A DNA stretch of 64,000 bases, taken from the NCBI GenBank assembly GCA_030426515.1, contig JAUHYM010000001.1, positions 73 to 64,072 of the forward strand. The letters are read 5' to 3'. A model generated the notes under the pieces. That model saw only the letters and a list, made by a program, of their open reading frames with translations. It was not told the DNA's origin and searched no databases. This DNA is from Actinomycetes bacterium (GTDB lineage Bacteria > Actinomycetota > Actinomycetes > Actinomycetales > Microbacteriaceae). The translations under genes and the position numbers were made by a program. This document shows, in pieces, positions 1 to 10,022 of this stretch. Numbering within the stretch: the stretch's first letter is position 1; each line of letters starts with the position of its first letter.

Positions 1-243
1 AGTGTCTCCTGTCAGTTGGGAGCACCACCCCTCACACAAACCATCTGACACCCTCGACGCCCATCGTGCGAGTGTCGCACAGGGATGCCGCGCCGCGGCG
101 CGACGCCAGACCCGTGACGCCGAGACCGCAACCCAGGCGACGCGACCATGCCGCGCCGTCACGTCCCCGCAGCCCTTGCGCGGCCCGCGCCGCCGGGAGC
201 ATACTCACACCAACGCTGGGCACGTTCGATACTGGGGGTTTCG

Positions 244-1191
244 ATGGCGCTCGTTCTCACGGTGCAGTCGGCCGACGGTGCGACCGAGGTCGCCTCGGCC
301 ACTGCTGACGCGCGGTTCCCCGCGAGCGTGGGGGATGTCGTCACCCTCACCGTCACCGCAACGGCCGGCGAGGACCTCACCGGGGTGTCCGTCACCCGGC
401 AGGAGAACCAGACGCCGCTCGCCGATCCGCTCACGGCATCCGCCGACGGCGCGTCGCACACCGGGCAGCTGACGATCGCCGCCGAGACCTTCGGCACCTA
501 CGTTGCCGCGACCGCGGCGGACCGCAGCGACGCCGTCGAGCTCACGGAAGCCCCCATCACGACGCCGGCGCAGCCTGGCGCGAACCAGAACCCCGAGCCC
601 GACACCGACAAGCCCGCCGAGCTCGAGGTCGGCGAGCTCGACCGCCCGTTCGCGTACATCACGTTCTTCGCGTTCGTCGTTCCCGTCTCGGTGGCGATCG
701 GCTGGCTGGTGTGGTCGATCGTGTCGCGCGTCGCGTTCCCCGATCCGGGCGTCACCTCCGCCGACGTCGGTGCGGTGATCGACGGGACGTTCCTCGAGCG
801 CGCGGCGACGATGCTTCTGCTCACGGGCGCAGGTCTCGGCGGCATCGTTCTCATCGCCGGGGTGTGGCTCGCGGCGCTCGAAACCCGCGGGCGACTACGC
901 AAGGCCGCAAAGCCCGGCGACACCACACGGGGCATCGACACGTCGGTCGTCGACAAGATCCCGGCGGTCCTCAAGGCGGCGTCGACCCTGCGCGGCACGA
1001 TGGCGACGATCATCGCCGGCGCCGCGCTCGTCGCGGTCGCCATGTGGGGCATCAGCACGCTCGCGCAGAAGGCGCCCGCCGAACCTGCCCCCACGCCGAG
1101 CCCGACAGCCGTCCCGACCGACACGCCAACCCCCGACGACACCCCAGCCCCGACAGACACCGCAGCGCCCACCGAGACCCCGGCGCCCTAA
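244..1191 (+). CDS. Hypothetical membrane protein (N-terminal beta-rich region, ~3 hydrophobic helices, Pro/Thr-rich C-tail)
   Basis: ATG at 244 chosen over the track start 148 because the coding-like high GC3 begins there; TAA 1189-1191 overlaps the next ATG (TAATG). Confidence 0.7.
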   Translation: MALVLTVQSADGATEVASATADARFPASVGDVVTLTVTATAGEDLTGVSVTRQENQTPLADPLTASADGASHTGQLTIAAETFGTYVAATAADRSDAVELTEAPITTPAQPGANQNPEPDTDKPAELEVGELDRPFAYITFFAFVVPVSVAIGWLVWSIVSRVAFPDPGVTSADVGAVIDGTFLERAATMLLLTGAGLGGIVLIAGVWLAALETRGRLRKAAKPGDTTRGIDTSVVDKIPAVLKAASTLRGTMATIIAGAALVAVAMWGISTLAQKAPAEPAPTPSPTAVPTDTPTPDDTPAPTDTAAPTETPAP

Positions 1192-1985
1192 TGTCGAGCG
1201 CCGCACTGCTGGTCGGGGTGCCCGCGCCCGCGCCGTCGCAGATCGACGGCCGCACCGTCCCGTGGCAGCCGCTCCCGGGGGTCGCGAACGACCTCGCGCA
1301 CATCCGCGACATGCTGCGCAGCGCGCCCGATGCGATCGACGAGACCGCGATCCTCACGCTCGTGCGGCCGCACGACACGACGCCCGACAACATCCTCGCC
1401 CAGCTCGACCGGCTGACCGCCCCGCTCGCAGCGGGCGACACCTTCGTGCTGTATCTGAGCGGTCACGGGTTCCACGTCGCGGACGACGACGGCGACGAGG
1501 CCGACGGGCGCGACGAGGTGTTCATCGCCTCGGACGGCACCCCGATGCGCGACGACCTGTTCGCCGAGCGGTGGCGGCGTCTGCCCGACGGGGTCACGGT
1601 GATCGGGCTCATCGACACCTGCTGCGCCGAATCGAACGCCCGCGCGCTCACCCATCCCGCGACGACGCTTGCCACCCCGCCGACGCTGGCGGCGACGACG
1701 CACACCGGCGGTGGGGCATCCCTGCTGTTTCTCGCCGCGTCGCTCGAACAGCAGAGCGCCTACGAGACGACGGTGACCGGGATGCCGCGGGGCGTGCTCT
1801 CGGCCGCGCTCACCGACGTGTGGCAGCTCACGCCGCGCGGGCGCGAGTCGCTGGGGTTCCTGTTCGGGTTCACCCAGCAGCTCGCGGCGATGTACGACGC
1901 GCGCCAGACGACGAACCTCACCTACATCGGGCGCGACTACCCGCTGACGATGGCGCGGGCGCCGTTCTCGGTGCCGCAGAGCTGA
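1191..1985 (+). CDS. Metacaspase / caspase-family (peptidase C14) protease
   Basis: ALLVGV strand, LPGVANDL, YLSGHG (catalytic His), DGRDEVF, LIDTCC (catalytic Cys), GVLSAAL; start at the TAATG overlap. Confidence 0.85.
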   Translation: MSSAALLVGVPAPAPSQIDGRTVPWQPLPGVANDLAHIRDMLRSAPDAIDETAILTLVRPHDTTPDNILAQLDRLTAPLAAGDTFVLYLSGHGFHVADDDGDEADGRDEVFIASDGTPMRDDLFAERWRRLPDGVTVIGLIDTCCAESNARALTHPATTLATPPTLAATTHTGGGASLLFLAASLEQQSAYETTVTGMPRGVLSAALTDVWQLTPRGRESLGFLFGFTQQLAAMYDARQTTNLTYIGRDYPLTMARAPFSVPQS

Positions 1986-2069
1986 GGATGCCCCTGGCGA
2001 GCCGTCGCCCGCCGCCGCAGCCGCCGGGCCCCGCGCTCAGCGTCCCGGAATCCCGACGCGGCGCCGTGC

Positions 2070-2879
2070 TCAGCGCGCGGGCAACCCGATGCGGCCGAGC
2101 GGCCAGAACACGATCGCGGTCTTGCCGACGATGCCCTCGCGCGAGGCCCATCGCCAGCACTGGTCGGATGCCGCATCGCCGCGGCACGCGATCGCCGAGT
2201 CGCTGGACCCTGCCCGGTTGTCGCCGAGCATCAGGTAGGCGCCCGCGGGCACCTCGACGGCGTCGAAGCAGCGCAGCGAGCGGGGCGTCGTGTCGCAGTC
2301 GACCTCACCCGCGATGAACGGAAAGTCGTTCGACACGTACGGCTCGTCGAGGGGCGCCCCGTCGACCATGACGGCGCCGGAGGCCGAGCAGCACTCGACG
2401 GTCTGGCCCGGCGTGCCGATGATCCGCTTGATGAGGGTGTGCGGGCCGGACGGCCCGAACCCGGTCACCTCGCCGACCCACCGCAGCGCGTCGCGCAGGG
2501 GGCCGGCAGAGGGGCGGGGTGTGGCATCCCACTGCTCGTCGGCGTCGAACACGACGATGTCGCCGGTGCCGGGCTCGGCGCCCACGTAGGCGAGCCGGTT
2601 GACGAGCACGCGGTCGCCGGGCTGCAGGGTCTGCTCCATCGACCCCGAGGGCACCCAGTAGGGCTTGGCGACGAAGCTCAGCACGAGTCCGGTGACGACG
2701 AACGCGGCGATCAGCTGGAACCATCCGCTGCCGAGGATGCGCCGCCACAGCGGGCGCGGGCGTGGGGGTGAGGATGCCGCAGGCGCAGGCGCAGGCGCAG
2801 GCGCAGGCGTAGGGGAGGTGGGGGTCGCCGTCTGCCCGGCGGTGTCGTCACCCGTGGTCACGCGCGCCCCTCTCGTCAC
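2070..2879 (-). CDS. lepB: Signal peptidase I
   Basis: VPSGSMEQTL (Ser), LIKRIIG (Lys), LGDNRAGSSDS, single TM; exact start uncertain. Confidence 0.93.
   Translation of the reverse strand: MTRGARVTTGDDTAGQTATPTSPTPAPAPAPAPAASSPPRPRPLWRRILGSGWFQLIAAFVVTGLVLSFVAKPYWVPSGSMEQTLQPGDRVLVNRLAYVGAEPGTGDIVVFDADEQWDATPRPSAGPLRDALRWVGEVTGFGPSGPHTLIKRIIGTPGQTVECCSASGAVMVDGAPLDEPYVSNDFPFIAGEVDCDTTPRSLRCFDAVEVPAGAYLMLGDNRAGSSDSAIACRGDAASDQCWRWASREGIVGKTAIVFWPLGRIGLPAR
2778..2807. repeat. (GCAGGC)5 microsatellite encoding a Pro-Ala linker in lepB
   Basis: gcaggc repeated five times, in frame. Confidence 0.85.
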
Positions 2880-2917
2880 GCGTCACCCTATCGCGGTGCG
2901 CCGACGCACCCCGCACT

Positions 2918-2953
2918 CGCAGACCACCGCGCATGACCGCAGACCACCGCGCA
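2918..2953. repeat. 16-bp direct repeat CGCAGACCACCGCGCA x2 (20-bp period) upstream of lepB
   Basis: Copies at 2918-2933 and 2938-2953. Confidence 0.8.
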
Positions 2954-3001
2954 CGAACCACGCCGTCACCGCAACCGCACCACCGCGGGAGCCGCGCACG
3001 C

Positions 3002-5203
3002 TCAGACCGCGCGCTGCCACCAGTCGGTGCGGTGGGCGTCCTTCCAGCGGCCGTTCTCGCTGAGGTCGGCCAGGCGCGCCCGCTCGACCTCGTGGTCGCG
3101 GATCGCGGCGCGCACGCAGGTGGCGAAGACGTCTCCGCCGGCGGGCTCGGGGTGGATGCCGTCACCGGCGAGTTTCTCGGGCGATCCGGCGATGGCGCGG
3201 TTCCAGTCGGCGACCACGACGTTCTCGTGCCGGTCGGCGAAGCGGGCGAGGTCGGCGTTGACGCCGGGGATCCAGTCGCGGGCGCCGTGGGCGTTCACGA
3301 GCACGAGCGTGCGCTCGGGGCCGGCGATGCGGACCATCTCGGTCAGCGCATCCTGCGACACGGGCCCGTTGGTGCCGAGGGCGATGACGACGACATCGCG
3401 CAGCTTCTGACGATCGGCGAGCGAGCGCAGGATGCCGGGACCGGCATACGTCGACCGCGAGACGTCGGCGTCGATGTCGATGCCGCGGAACTCGTCGAGG
3501 AGGGCCGCTGCCGAGGCGAGCATGACCGAGTCGCCGACGGCGGTGATGTCACTGCCCGCGACCTCGGCCACCGTGGTCGGCTCGGGCCGGGCGGCGCCGG
3601 GTCCACCCGCACCAGGCTCGCCGGCTCCGTCGCCGCGTTCGCCCGCGCCGCGCCCGTCCGCCCCCTGCGAGTCCTCCGCGCCGGCCGCATCCTCACGCTC
3701 GGCCTCGGCGATCTCGTCGTCGATCCCGAGAGCCTCGACCGCGGTCGTCGGGCCCGCGGTGGGCGCGGCGGGGCCGGGGGAGGGGCCGCGCTGGTGCGCG
3801 GCGCCCGCGGGCGCCTGTCGCGCACCGGCATCCCCGCGCTCTGCCTGCGCGAGCGCGTCGGCACCGGCCTGCACGACCGCCTCGCTCGACGACACCTGCG
3901 GGGCCGCGGCGATCGCCGCCGACGTGCCGCCGAGCACCAGGGCGCCCGCGGCGAGCCCCGAGATCGCGGTGAGCCGGTGCCGCGGCGACGCGGCGAGTCC
4001 GGAGCGCAGACGCCGCAGCGCCGCCCCGAACCCGTACTGGCGGATGGGCTGCTCGAGCCATTCGTACGAGGCCTGCGCGAGGACGACGGTGAGCACGAGG
4101 GTGAGGATGCCGAGACCTGTCGGCACTTCGGCGGCGCCGGGGGCGAGCCAGGCGCCCAGCAGCACCAGCAGCGGCCAGTGCCACAGGTAGATGCCGTACG
4201 AGCGGTCGCCGATCCACCGCAGGACAGGCGCGTCGAGCCCGCGCCCGAACCAGGACCCGGGCCAGACCGCGGCGACGATGGCGAGCGCGGTGAGGGCGCT
4301 CGCCGCCAGCAGCGCACCGGGGAACGTCGCCGCCCCCTCGCCCGCGGGGATCATCGCGACGCCGATGAGACCCAGCACCGCGATGACGCCCGCGACACCC
4401 AGTGCGTTCCGCACAGCCGCGCGACGGGGCGACCCCGTGGTCACCGGCTGCGCCACGGTCCACCCGGTTGGCGGCACGACGACCGGCGACGTCGCCGGGG
4501 CGGCATCCGAGGCCCGCGGCACGCGGGGGCTGGTGAGCCGCGACATCCCGAACGCGACCGCCACCCCCAGCAGCAGGCCGAACGCGTGGGTGTCGGTGCC
4601 GAAGTAGGCGCGGGTGAGGTCGCCGCCCGAGGCGACGACGATCGTCATCCACCCGGCAGACGCTGCGGCCAGCAGCGCGGCGGCCGCGGCTCTGCCCCAC
4701 CGGCGGGGGATCAGCAGGAACAGCGGCAGCACGAGCGGCCACAGCAGATAGAACTGCTCTTCGACGGCGAGCGACCAGAGGTTCTTGAACAGCTCGGGCG
4801 TGGTGCCCGAGAAGTAGCCGACGTCGCCGCCGAGGGCGAGCCAGTTGAAGCTGAAGGTCGCAGCCCCCAGCACCTGGCGGCCGATGCCCACGAGCAGGTC
4901 GCCGCCGATGAGCCACGCCGTCGAGGTGCAGACCGTGACCACCAGCGCCAGGGCGGGCAGCAGGCGACGGGCGCGGCGCCGCCAGAACTCCCGCAGCCGG
5001 ATGCGGCCGTGGGCCGCGTGCTCGCGCAGCAGCAGGGTGGTGATGAGGAACCCGCTGATGACGAAGAACACGTCGACGCCGACGAACCCGCCGGGCACGA
5101 CCCACCCCGGGAACAGGTGGTAGACCACCACGAGGATCACAGCCAGCGCGCGCAGGCCATCGAGGCCTGCCAGGCGGGGCAGGGCAGGGGGAGTGGGCAT
5201 CAC
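3002..5203 (-). CDS. Acyltransferase-3 + SGNH domain O-acetyltransferase (OatA/OafA-like)
   Basis: LDGLRALAV, GVDVFFVISGFLIT, LWSLAVEEQFY, SYGIYLWHWP; C-terminal GDSVM, GTNG, DGIHP. Confidence 0.93.
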   Translation of the reverse strand: MMPTPPALPRLAGLDGLRALAVILVVVYHLFPGWVVPGGFVGVDVFFVISGFLITTLLLREHAAHGRIRLREFWRRRARRLLPALALVVTVCTSTAWLIGGDLLVGIGRQVLGAATFSFNWLALGGDVGYFSGTTPELFKNLWSLAVEEQFYLLWPLVLPLFLLIPRRWGRAAAAALLAAASAGWMTIVVASGGDLTRAYFGTDTHAFGLLLGVAVAFGMSRLTSPRVPRASDAAPATSPVVVPPTGWTVAQPVTTGSPRRAAVRNALGVAGVIAVLGLIGVAMIPAGEGAATFPGALLAASALTALAIVAAVWPGSWFGRGLDAPVLRWIGDRSYGIYLWHWPLLVLLGAWLAPGAAEVPTGLGILTLVLTVVLAQASYEWLEQPIRQYGFGAALRRLRSGLAASPRHRLTAISGLAAGALVLGGTSAAIAAAPQVSSSEAVVQAGADALAQAERGDAGARQAPAGAAHQRGPSPGPAAPTAGPTTAVEALGIDDEIAEAEREDAAGAEDSQGADGRGAGERGDGAGEPGAGGPGAARPEPTTVAEVAGSDITAVGDSVMLASAAALLDEFRGIDIDADVSRSTYAGPGILRSLADRQKLRDVVVIALGTNGPVSQDALTEMVRIAGPERTLVLVNAHGARDWIPGVNADLARFADRHENVVVADWNRAIAGSPEKLAGDGIHPEPAGGDVFATCVRAAIRDHEVERARLADLSENGRWKDAHRTDWWQRAV

Positions 5204-5340
5204 GTACGAGGGTCGAGCGGCGTGCGGGGGAAGGAGCGCCCCCGAAGTCTACGACCGCCGCATCCACGCCAGGTGTGAGGATGCCGGAGAGTCGTACGCG
5301 CGGCTCGCGGCGCCCGGCACCCGGCGCCGCGACCCGAGCC

Positions 5341-5910
5341 CTACGGCGTGTTGCTGACCTGCTGCTGCAGGGTCGGGGCGGGGCCCGCGTTGGGAGAGGT
5401 GGCGAGCCCGGTCATGATGACCGTGCCGAGCGCGGCGCGCGGCGTGGTGCCATCGCCGGGGAGGCGGAACTGCAGCTGGCTGGTCGGGCCGCCCGGGTCG
5501 GAGGCGATCGAGCCGGTCCAGTTGAAGACGTACTGGGCGACGCCGTTCGAGATCGTGCCGCTGTAGGCGACCCAGCCGGCACCGCCGGTGACGGTCGGCA
5601 GCGCCTGCACCATGCCGGTCGCCGGCACGATGAGGGTGACCTGGATCTCGGTGACCGTCGGGCCGCCGGCGGTGTAGTCGACGTACAGCATCAGGTTGCC
5701 GTCGATGCTCAGCAGCAGGTTCTCGGGCGCGTTGTAGTTGTACTCGGCATACGGCGACACGTTGGTGAAGCGCAGGGGGGCGACGGCGGATGCCGCGGCG
5801 GCGGGCACCGTGGCGGCGAGGGCGATCACCGGGGTCGCCCAGGCAGTCGCCTTGAGCACCTGGCGACGGGTCGCGCTGCGCGCGCCGGGGGCAGAAGCAG
5901 GGGAGGTCAT
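5341..5910 (-). CDS. Secreted protein with twin-arginine-like leader
   Basis: TRRQVLKATAWATPVIALAATVPAAAAS leader followed by a beta-rich domain. Confidence 0.75.
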   Translation of the reverse strand: MTSPASAPGARSATRRQVLKATAWATPVIALAATVPAAAASAVAPLRFTNVSPYAEYNYNAPENLLLSIDGNLMLYVDYTAGGPTVTEIQVTLIVPATGMVQALPTVTGGAGWVAYSGTISNGVAQYVFNWTGSIASDPGGPTSQLQFRLPGDGTTPRAALGTVIMTGLATSPNAGPAPTLQQQVSNTP

Positions 5911-5993
5911 GAGCCTCTTTCGTCGAGAGAGAACGGAGAACGCATCGCGGCGCACGCGATGGTCAGTATATCGGTGGGGCGGGCGGTGGCCCG

Positions 5994-6033
5994 GACCCGG
6001 ATGCCGGCGGCGTCGCCGCGCGGGATCCGGGTC
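5994..6033 (-). terminator. GC-rich hairpin just downstream of the 6039 stop
   Basis: gacccggat (5994-6002) pairs with atccgggtc (6025-6033), with an inner GC stem; no U-tract. Confidence 0.4.
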
Positions 6034-6038
6034 GTGGA

Positions 6039-8162
6039 TCAGCCGCGGCGGCGGCGCGCGGCGCCCGCGAAGACGAGCGATAGACCGCCCATCAGCACGG
6101 CGGCGCCCAGCAGGAGTGCGGGAGCAGGCGAGGCGCCCCCGGTCTCGGGGAGTGTGCGCGCGGTGTCGGTCGACGCGGTGTCGCCCCCGTCGGTCGGGGT
6201 CTCGTCCGTGGGCGTCTCGTCGGTCGGCGTGTCACCGTCGTCGGTCGGGTCCTCGGGCTCGTCGGTCGGGGTGACCGGCGGCGCGGGCGGCACCTCGGAG
6301 TACGTGTTCGTGGCGACAACCCCGAGAACCTCGCGGTCCTCGATCGTGATCTGCGTGGGCGCGAAGCTCACTCCGCTGAACGTGTAGCCGGGCACCTCGG
6401 GGGCGGACGGCTCGTCGAAGGTGACGACCGTGCCGGCGGGAAGGTTGCGCGGACCCACGATGTACTCGCCCGAGGCGGGCAGCGCGAAGGTCTGCGACAC
6501 GGCGCCGTCACCGGCATCCCACGTCGCGGTGATCTCGAACACGGTGCCTTCCGCGAACGCGGCCGCGTCGATGCCCGACAGCTGCTTGCTGAGGGCGAAG
6601 CCGCCCTGCGTGCGCGGGGTCGTGTCGATCGGGCGGTACGTGTTCACCGCGGTGATGGTGGGGTTGCCGCCGTCGGTGACGGTGATCTCGGCCGGGCTGA
6701 AGTCGACCCCGACGAACTCGAAGCCGTCGGCGGCGGGCGCGTCGGTCTCGTCGAAGGTGACGACGGTGCCGGCCGGCAGGTCCTGCGGGCCCGCGACGAC
6801 CTCGCCGGTGGCGGGCAGCGCGAAGGTCTGGCTGACCTCGCCGTTACCGGCATCCCACGTGGCGGTCACAGCGAAGGTCGTGCCGTCGGCGAAGTCGGTG
6901 ACCGCGGCGCCGTCGAGCGTCTTCTGCAGCGAGAAGCCGCCGACCTCGGGTTCGGGCTGGGGCTCGGGCTGCGGCTGCGCGCACGGCAGGACGCCGCGGA
7001 ACAGGTTGGTGTGCAGCTCTTCGCCGCCCTGCAGCGCGGTGAAGCCCGCCGCGATCAGCTGGCCCTCGAACTGGGGCCCGCCGACGGGGAAGGTGATGTG
7101 CGCCTGCGGCGCGTAGATCGACCCGCGCACGCGGCTGCCGTCGGCGGCGGTCACGGTGACGTCTCCGGTGATCTCGCTGAGGTCCCACAGCAGGTAGCTC
7201 GGGCCGTCCGACGCGTTGCCCGCCGCACCGTACGAGGGCAGGGTGAGCATGCCGCCGACGACATCAGAGGGCGAGATCTTCACGATGAGCGGGGCGGTGG
7301 CGGAGTAGTCCTGGATGAAGAACTTCCAGACGCCTGCCAGATCCGAAAGGGTCAGCAGGTTGGGCCCTGAGGGGTCGAGCCACACCCGCACGTCGCCGTC
7401 GGTGGTGATCTCGCGCGGGCTGACGTAGTCGGCGTTCGCCAGGATGTCGGCACCCGCGTCGGTCGGGAAGTACGCGGCGAACGCGTTCTCGTCGGCGGCG
7501 AACGTGCCGCCGTTCCACGGCTGGGTCCACGACGAGATCTGCGGCGACATATTGCTGCCGCCGGAGGGCCAGAACGTCGTGCCGCTCGAGTCGAACGACG
7601 CGCGGTAGGTGTACCCGGCGGGGGTGGTGTCGTCGATCAGCTTCACGCCCGCATCGGCCGGGCCGCCGCCCTGGGTCTTCACCTGCACGACCTTGGCGGC
7701 GCTGGTCACCGGGGTGTAGCTGTTCAGCAGCACACGGTTGTTCTCGCCGTCGATCGTGGGCACCCCGTAGTCGGCGTTGCCGGCGATGGAATGGACGATC
7801 GGGTACTGGTTGCCGCTCTGGCCCGCCGGGTCGCCGAAGCGGGCCGTGCCGCCGACGGCGAGCGTCCCCTCGAGCTCGCTGTTGGCCAGCAGGGCGTCGC
7901 CGGTGACGAACAGGGTGTAGGCGTGCTCCGCGCCGAGCGGGGTCGCCCCGCTCATCGGGTTCACCCACCCGTCGGTGCACGCGGTCTCGGTCACCGGTGT
8001 GGCCGTGGCAGGCAGTGTGGATGCGGCGGCCGCGGTCGGTGCCGCCACCAGCAGGGCGCCGGCGGCGACGGTGCCCGCGCCGAGCGCAAGCGCGGTGGTC
8101 GCAAGCGTCGACAGTGCGGTGGTCAGGCGGCCGTGTGAACGGCGCGCGCGGGTGTGGCTCAT
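6039..8162 (-). CDS. Sortase-anchored surface protein: choice-of-anchor A domain + two tandem DUF5979-like domains + LPETG
   Basis: Signal peptide; ELEGTLAVGG and GSIYAPQA motifs; two ~100-aa repeats (GGF.L.K..TATWDAG..SQTFALPA.GE..GP..LPAGTVVTFDE); LPETG + TM + RRRR. Confidence 0.85.
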   Translation of the reverse strand: MSHTRARRSHGRLTTALSTLATTALALGAGTVAAGALLVAAPTAAAASTLPATATPVTETACTDGWVNPMSGATPLGAEHAYTLFVTGDALLANSELEGTLAVGGTARFGDPAGQSGNQYPIVHSIAGNADYGVPTIDGENNRVLLNSYTPVTSAAKVVQVKTQGGGPADAGVKLIDDTTPAGYTYRASFDSSGTTFWPSGGSNMSPQISSWTQPWNGGTFAADENAFAAYFPTDAGADILANADYVSPREITTDGDVRVWLDPSGPNLLTLSDLAGVWKFFIQDYSATAPLIVKISPSDVVGGMLTLPSYGAAGNASDGPSYLLWDLSEITGDVTVTAADGSRVRGSIYAPQAHITFPVGGPQFEGQLIAAGFTALQGGEELHTNLFRGVLPCAQPQPEPQPEPEVGGFSLQKTLDGAAVTDFADGTTFAVTATWDAGNGEVSQTFALPATGEVVAGPQDLPAGTVVTFDETDAPAADGFEFVGVDFSPAEITVTDGGNPTITAVNTYRPIDTTPRTQGGFALSKQLSGIDAAAFAEGTVFEITATWDAGDGAVSQTFALPASGEYIVGPRNLPAGTVVTFDEPSAPEVPGYTFSGVSFAPTQITIEDREVLGVVATNTYSEVPPAPPVTPTDEPEDPTDDGDTPTDETPTDETPTDGGDTASTDTARTLPETGGASPAPALLLGAAVLMGGLSLVFAGAARRRRG

Positions 8163-8470
8163 GGTTCCCCCCATGGGTTGCTGGGCGTGCACGCACGGCA
8201 GCGCCGCGCGCTGCACGGCATCGTGCACGAAGAACCCGCACCGGGCGCTCGGGCAGCGCGAAGGAGCGGGTGAGCCTCACCCTAGCGAAGATGAGAACGC
8301 TCTCATGGAACGTTTCCGCTCTTTCGTGACGCTCCACAACCCCGCGGCACAGAACCCGCGTCGCCGTTGTGGGTTGTCGCCGAGTGAGTGGTGGCTGATC
8401 TGCGCGGAACCCAGCGGCTGTAGTCACACTTCGTCGTGAAAGTGTGATTATCGGCGAGACGTAACCATCG

Positions 8471-10009
8471 TCAGGCGGCGGTGTCGCCCGGCTGCACCAC
8501 CGCGCGGGTGGTCTTGCCGAGGATCACGAGGTCGCCCACGAGCGACCAGTTCTCGACGTACGAGAGGTCGAGGCGCACCGAGTCCTCCCACGAGAGGGTC
8601 GAGCGCCCGCTGACCTGCCAGAGACCTGTGATGCCGGGCTTGACGAGGAACCGCCGGTGCACGTGCGCGTCGTACAGGTCGACCTCGCGGGCGAGCGGCG
8701 GGCGCGGGCCCACGAGCGACATCGACCCGCCGATGACGTTGAGCAGCTGCGGCAGCTCGTCGAGGCTGTGGCGGCGCAGGAACCGCCCGATGCGGGTGAC
8801 CCGCGGGTCGTCGTGCATCTTGAAGAGCACGTCGTTGCCGGCATCCTGCCGATCGCGCAGCGTCGCCGCGAGGGCGTCGGCGCCGTCGACCATGGAGCGG
8901 AACTTGTACATGCGGAACCGCCGCCCGCGCAGGCCGACCCGCTCCTGCGCGTAGAGGACGGGGCCCGGGGACGAGACGGCGACCAGCAGCGCGAGGAGCA
9001 ACAGCAGCGGCGAGAGGATGACCAGGGCAAGGAGGGACGAGACGAGGTCGAGCGAGCGCTTGACGAACAGCTGCCCGCGGCTGAGGTGCGGCACCTCGAC
9101 GTGGATGAGGGGGAGCCCCGCGACCGGGCGGGTGTGGATGCGGGGGCCGGCGATGTCGATGATGCTGGGGGCGAGCACGAGGTGCTGGCGGCCGGCGACG
9201 AGGCTCCACGAGATGCGCTTGACGCGGTCGGGCGGCAGGTCGTCGGTGCCGGTGACGATCACCGTGTCGGCGTCGAACTCCTCGAGCGCGGTGCCGATCG
9301 CGTCGACGTCGCGGATCACCGGCACCCCCAGCTCGGGCGGCTTGGTGCCGTTGCTCGCCGGCACGCACGCGGCGACGACCCGGTACCCGGCGCTGGGATG
9401 CCGGTCGAGCTCACGGGCGATCTGGGTCACCGACGAGCGCGACCCGACCAGCAGCGCCCGCGCCGTGTAGGTGCCGCCCGCCCGCCGCCGCACGAGGAAC
9501 TGCCGCCACCCCCAGCGGGAGGCCTCGAGCAGCAGGACGCCGGCGGGCAGGGCGATGAGCAGATACCCGCGGGCGACGTCGACGCGCAGCAGGAACGCGA
9601 TGATCGCGAGGATCCCGAACAGCCGGAAGCTGGCGGCGGCGACCTGAAGGTACTCGGTGTTGCCGACACCGACCATCCGCATGGTGCGGGTGTCGGCGAA
9701 CGCGAGGGCCCACATCCACATGATGATCAGGCCGGTCGAGAACACCCAGTACGGAACGGCGTTCGAGATGTCTTCGCTGCGGGTGACGACCCCGCGGTCG
9801 TCGAACCCGAACCAGAAAATCTGCGTGCCGAAGACGACGACTACCAGGACCAGCAGGTCCGTCAGCCACACGTTGCGCGTGAGCGTTCTCCGCCAGTCCT
9901 TCGCGTCTGGGTGCGGCGGGTGCGAGGGACCTGCCGACGTGGGGCGCGCGCCATGCGCGGAAGAGGAGCGCACCGGGCCAGTCGAGGGGTGAGACGCGTC
10001 GACGGTCAT
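8471..10009 (-). CDS. Priming sugar transferase (polyprenyl-phosphate glycosylphosphotransferase, WcaJ/CpsE type) #1
   Basis: KRSLDLV, FRMYKFRSM, DPRVTRIGRFLRRHSLDELPQL, SLVGPRP, KPGITGLWQVSGRS. Confidence 0.95.
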   Translation of the reverse strand: MTVDASHPSTGPVRSSSAHGARPTSAGPSHPPHPDAKDWRRTLTRNVWLTDLLVLVVVVFGTQIFWFGFDDRGVVTRSEDISNAVPYWVFSTGLIIMWMWALAFADTRTMRMVGVGNTEYLQVAAASFRLFGILAIIAFLLRVDVARGYLLIALPAGVLLLEASRWGWRQFLVRRRAGGTYTARALLVGSRSSVTQIARELDRHPSAGYRVVAACVPASNGTKPPELGVPVIRDVDAIGTALEEFDADTVIVTGTDDLPPDRVKRISWSLVAGRQHLVLAPSIIDIAGPRIHTRPVAGLPLIHVEVPHLSRGQLFVKRSLDLVSSLLALVILSPLLLLLALLVAVSSPGPVLYAQERVGLRGRRFRMYKFRSMVDGADALAATLRDRQDAGNDVLFKMHDDPRVTRIGRFLRRHSLDELPQLLNVIGGSMSLVGPRPPLAREVDLYDAHVHRRFLVKPGITGLWQVSGRSTLSWEDSVRLDLSYVENWSLVGDLVILGKTTRAVVQPGDTAA

Positions 10010-10022
10010 GGCGTTCAGAGGC

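Noticed and set aside
1-10. AGGAG Shine-Dalgarno on the minus strand at the window edge
   Set aside because: Suggests a divergent gene starting just outside the window; cannot be verified here
711-1190. N-terminal extension of the metacaspase in the ORF track (likewise extensions of truA, cysD, cysQ, wzc, vWA and the 862-aa gene)
   Set aside because: Overlap upstream genes or promoters out of frame; internal starts with overlap, RBS or -10 support fit better
2933-5278. 781-aa plus-strand ORF and similar long ORFs (8657-10198, 32194-34194, 32298-34145, 43847-45490, 50912-52681, 55980-57725, 57836-59461, 60784-62274)
   Set aside because: Antisense or off-frame shadows of genes with clear motifs, expected at ~70% GC; Arg/Gly/His-biased with no recognisable domains
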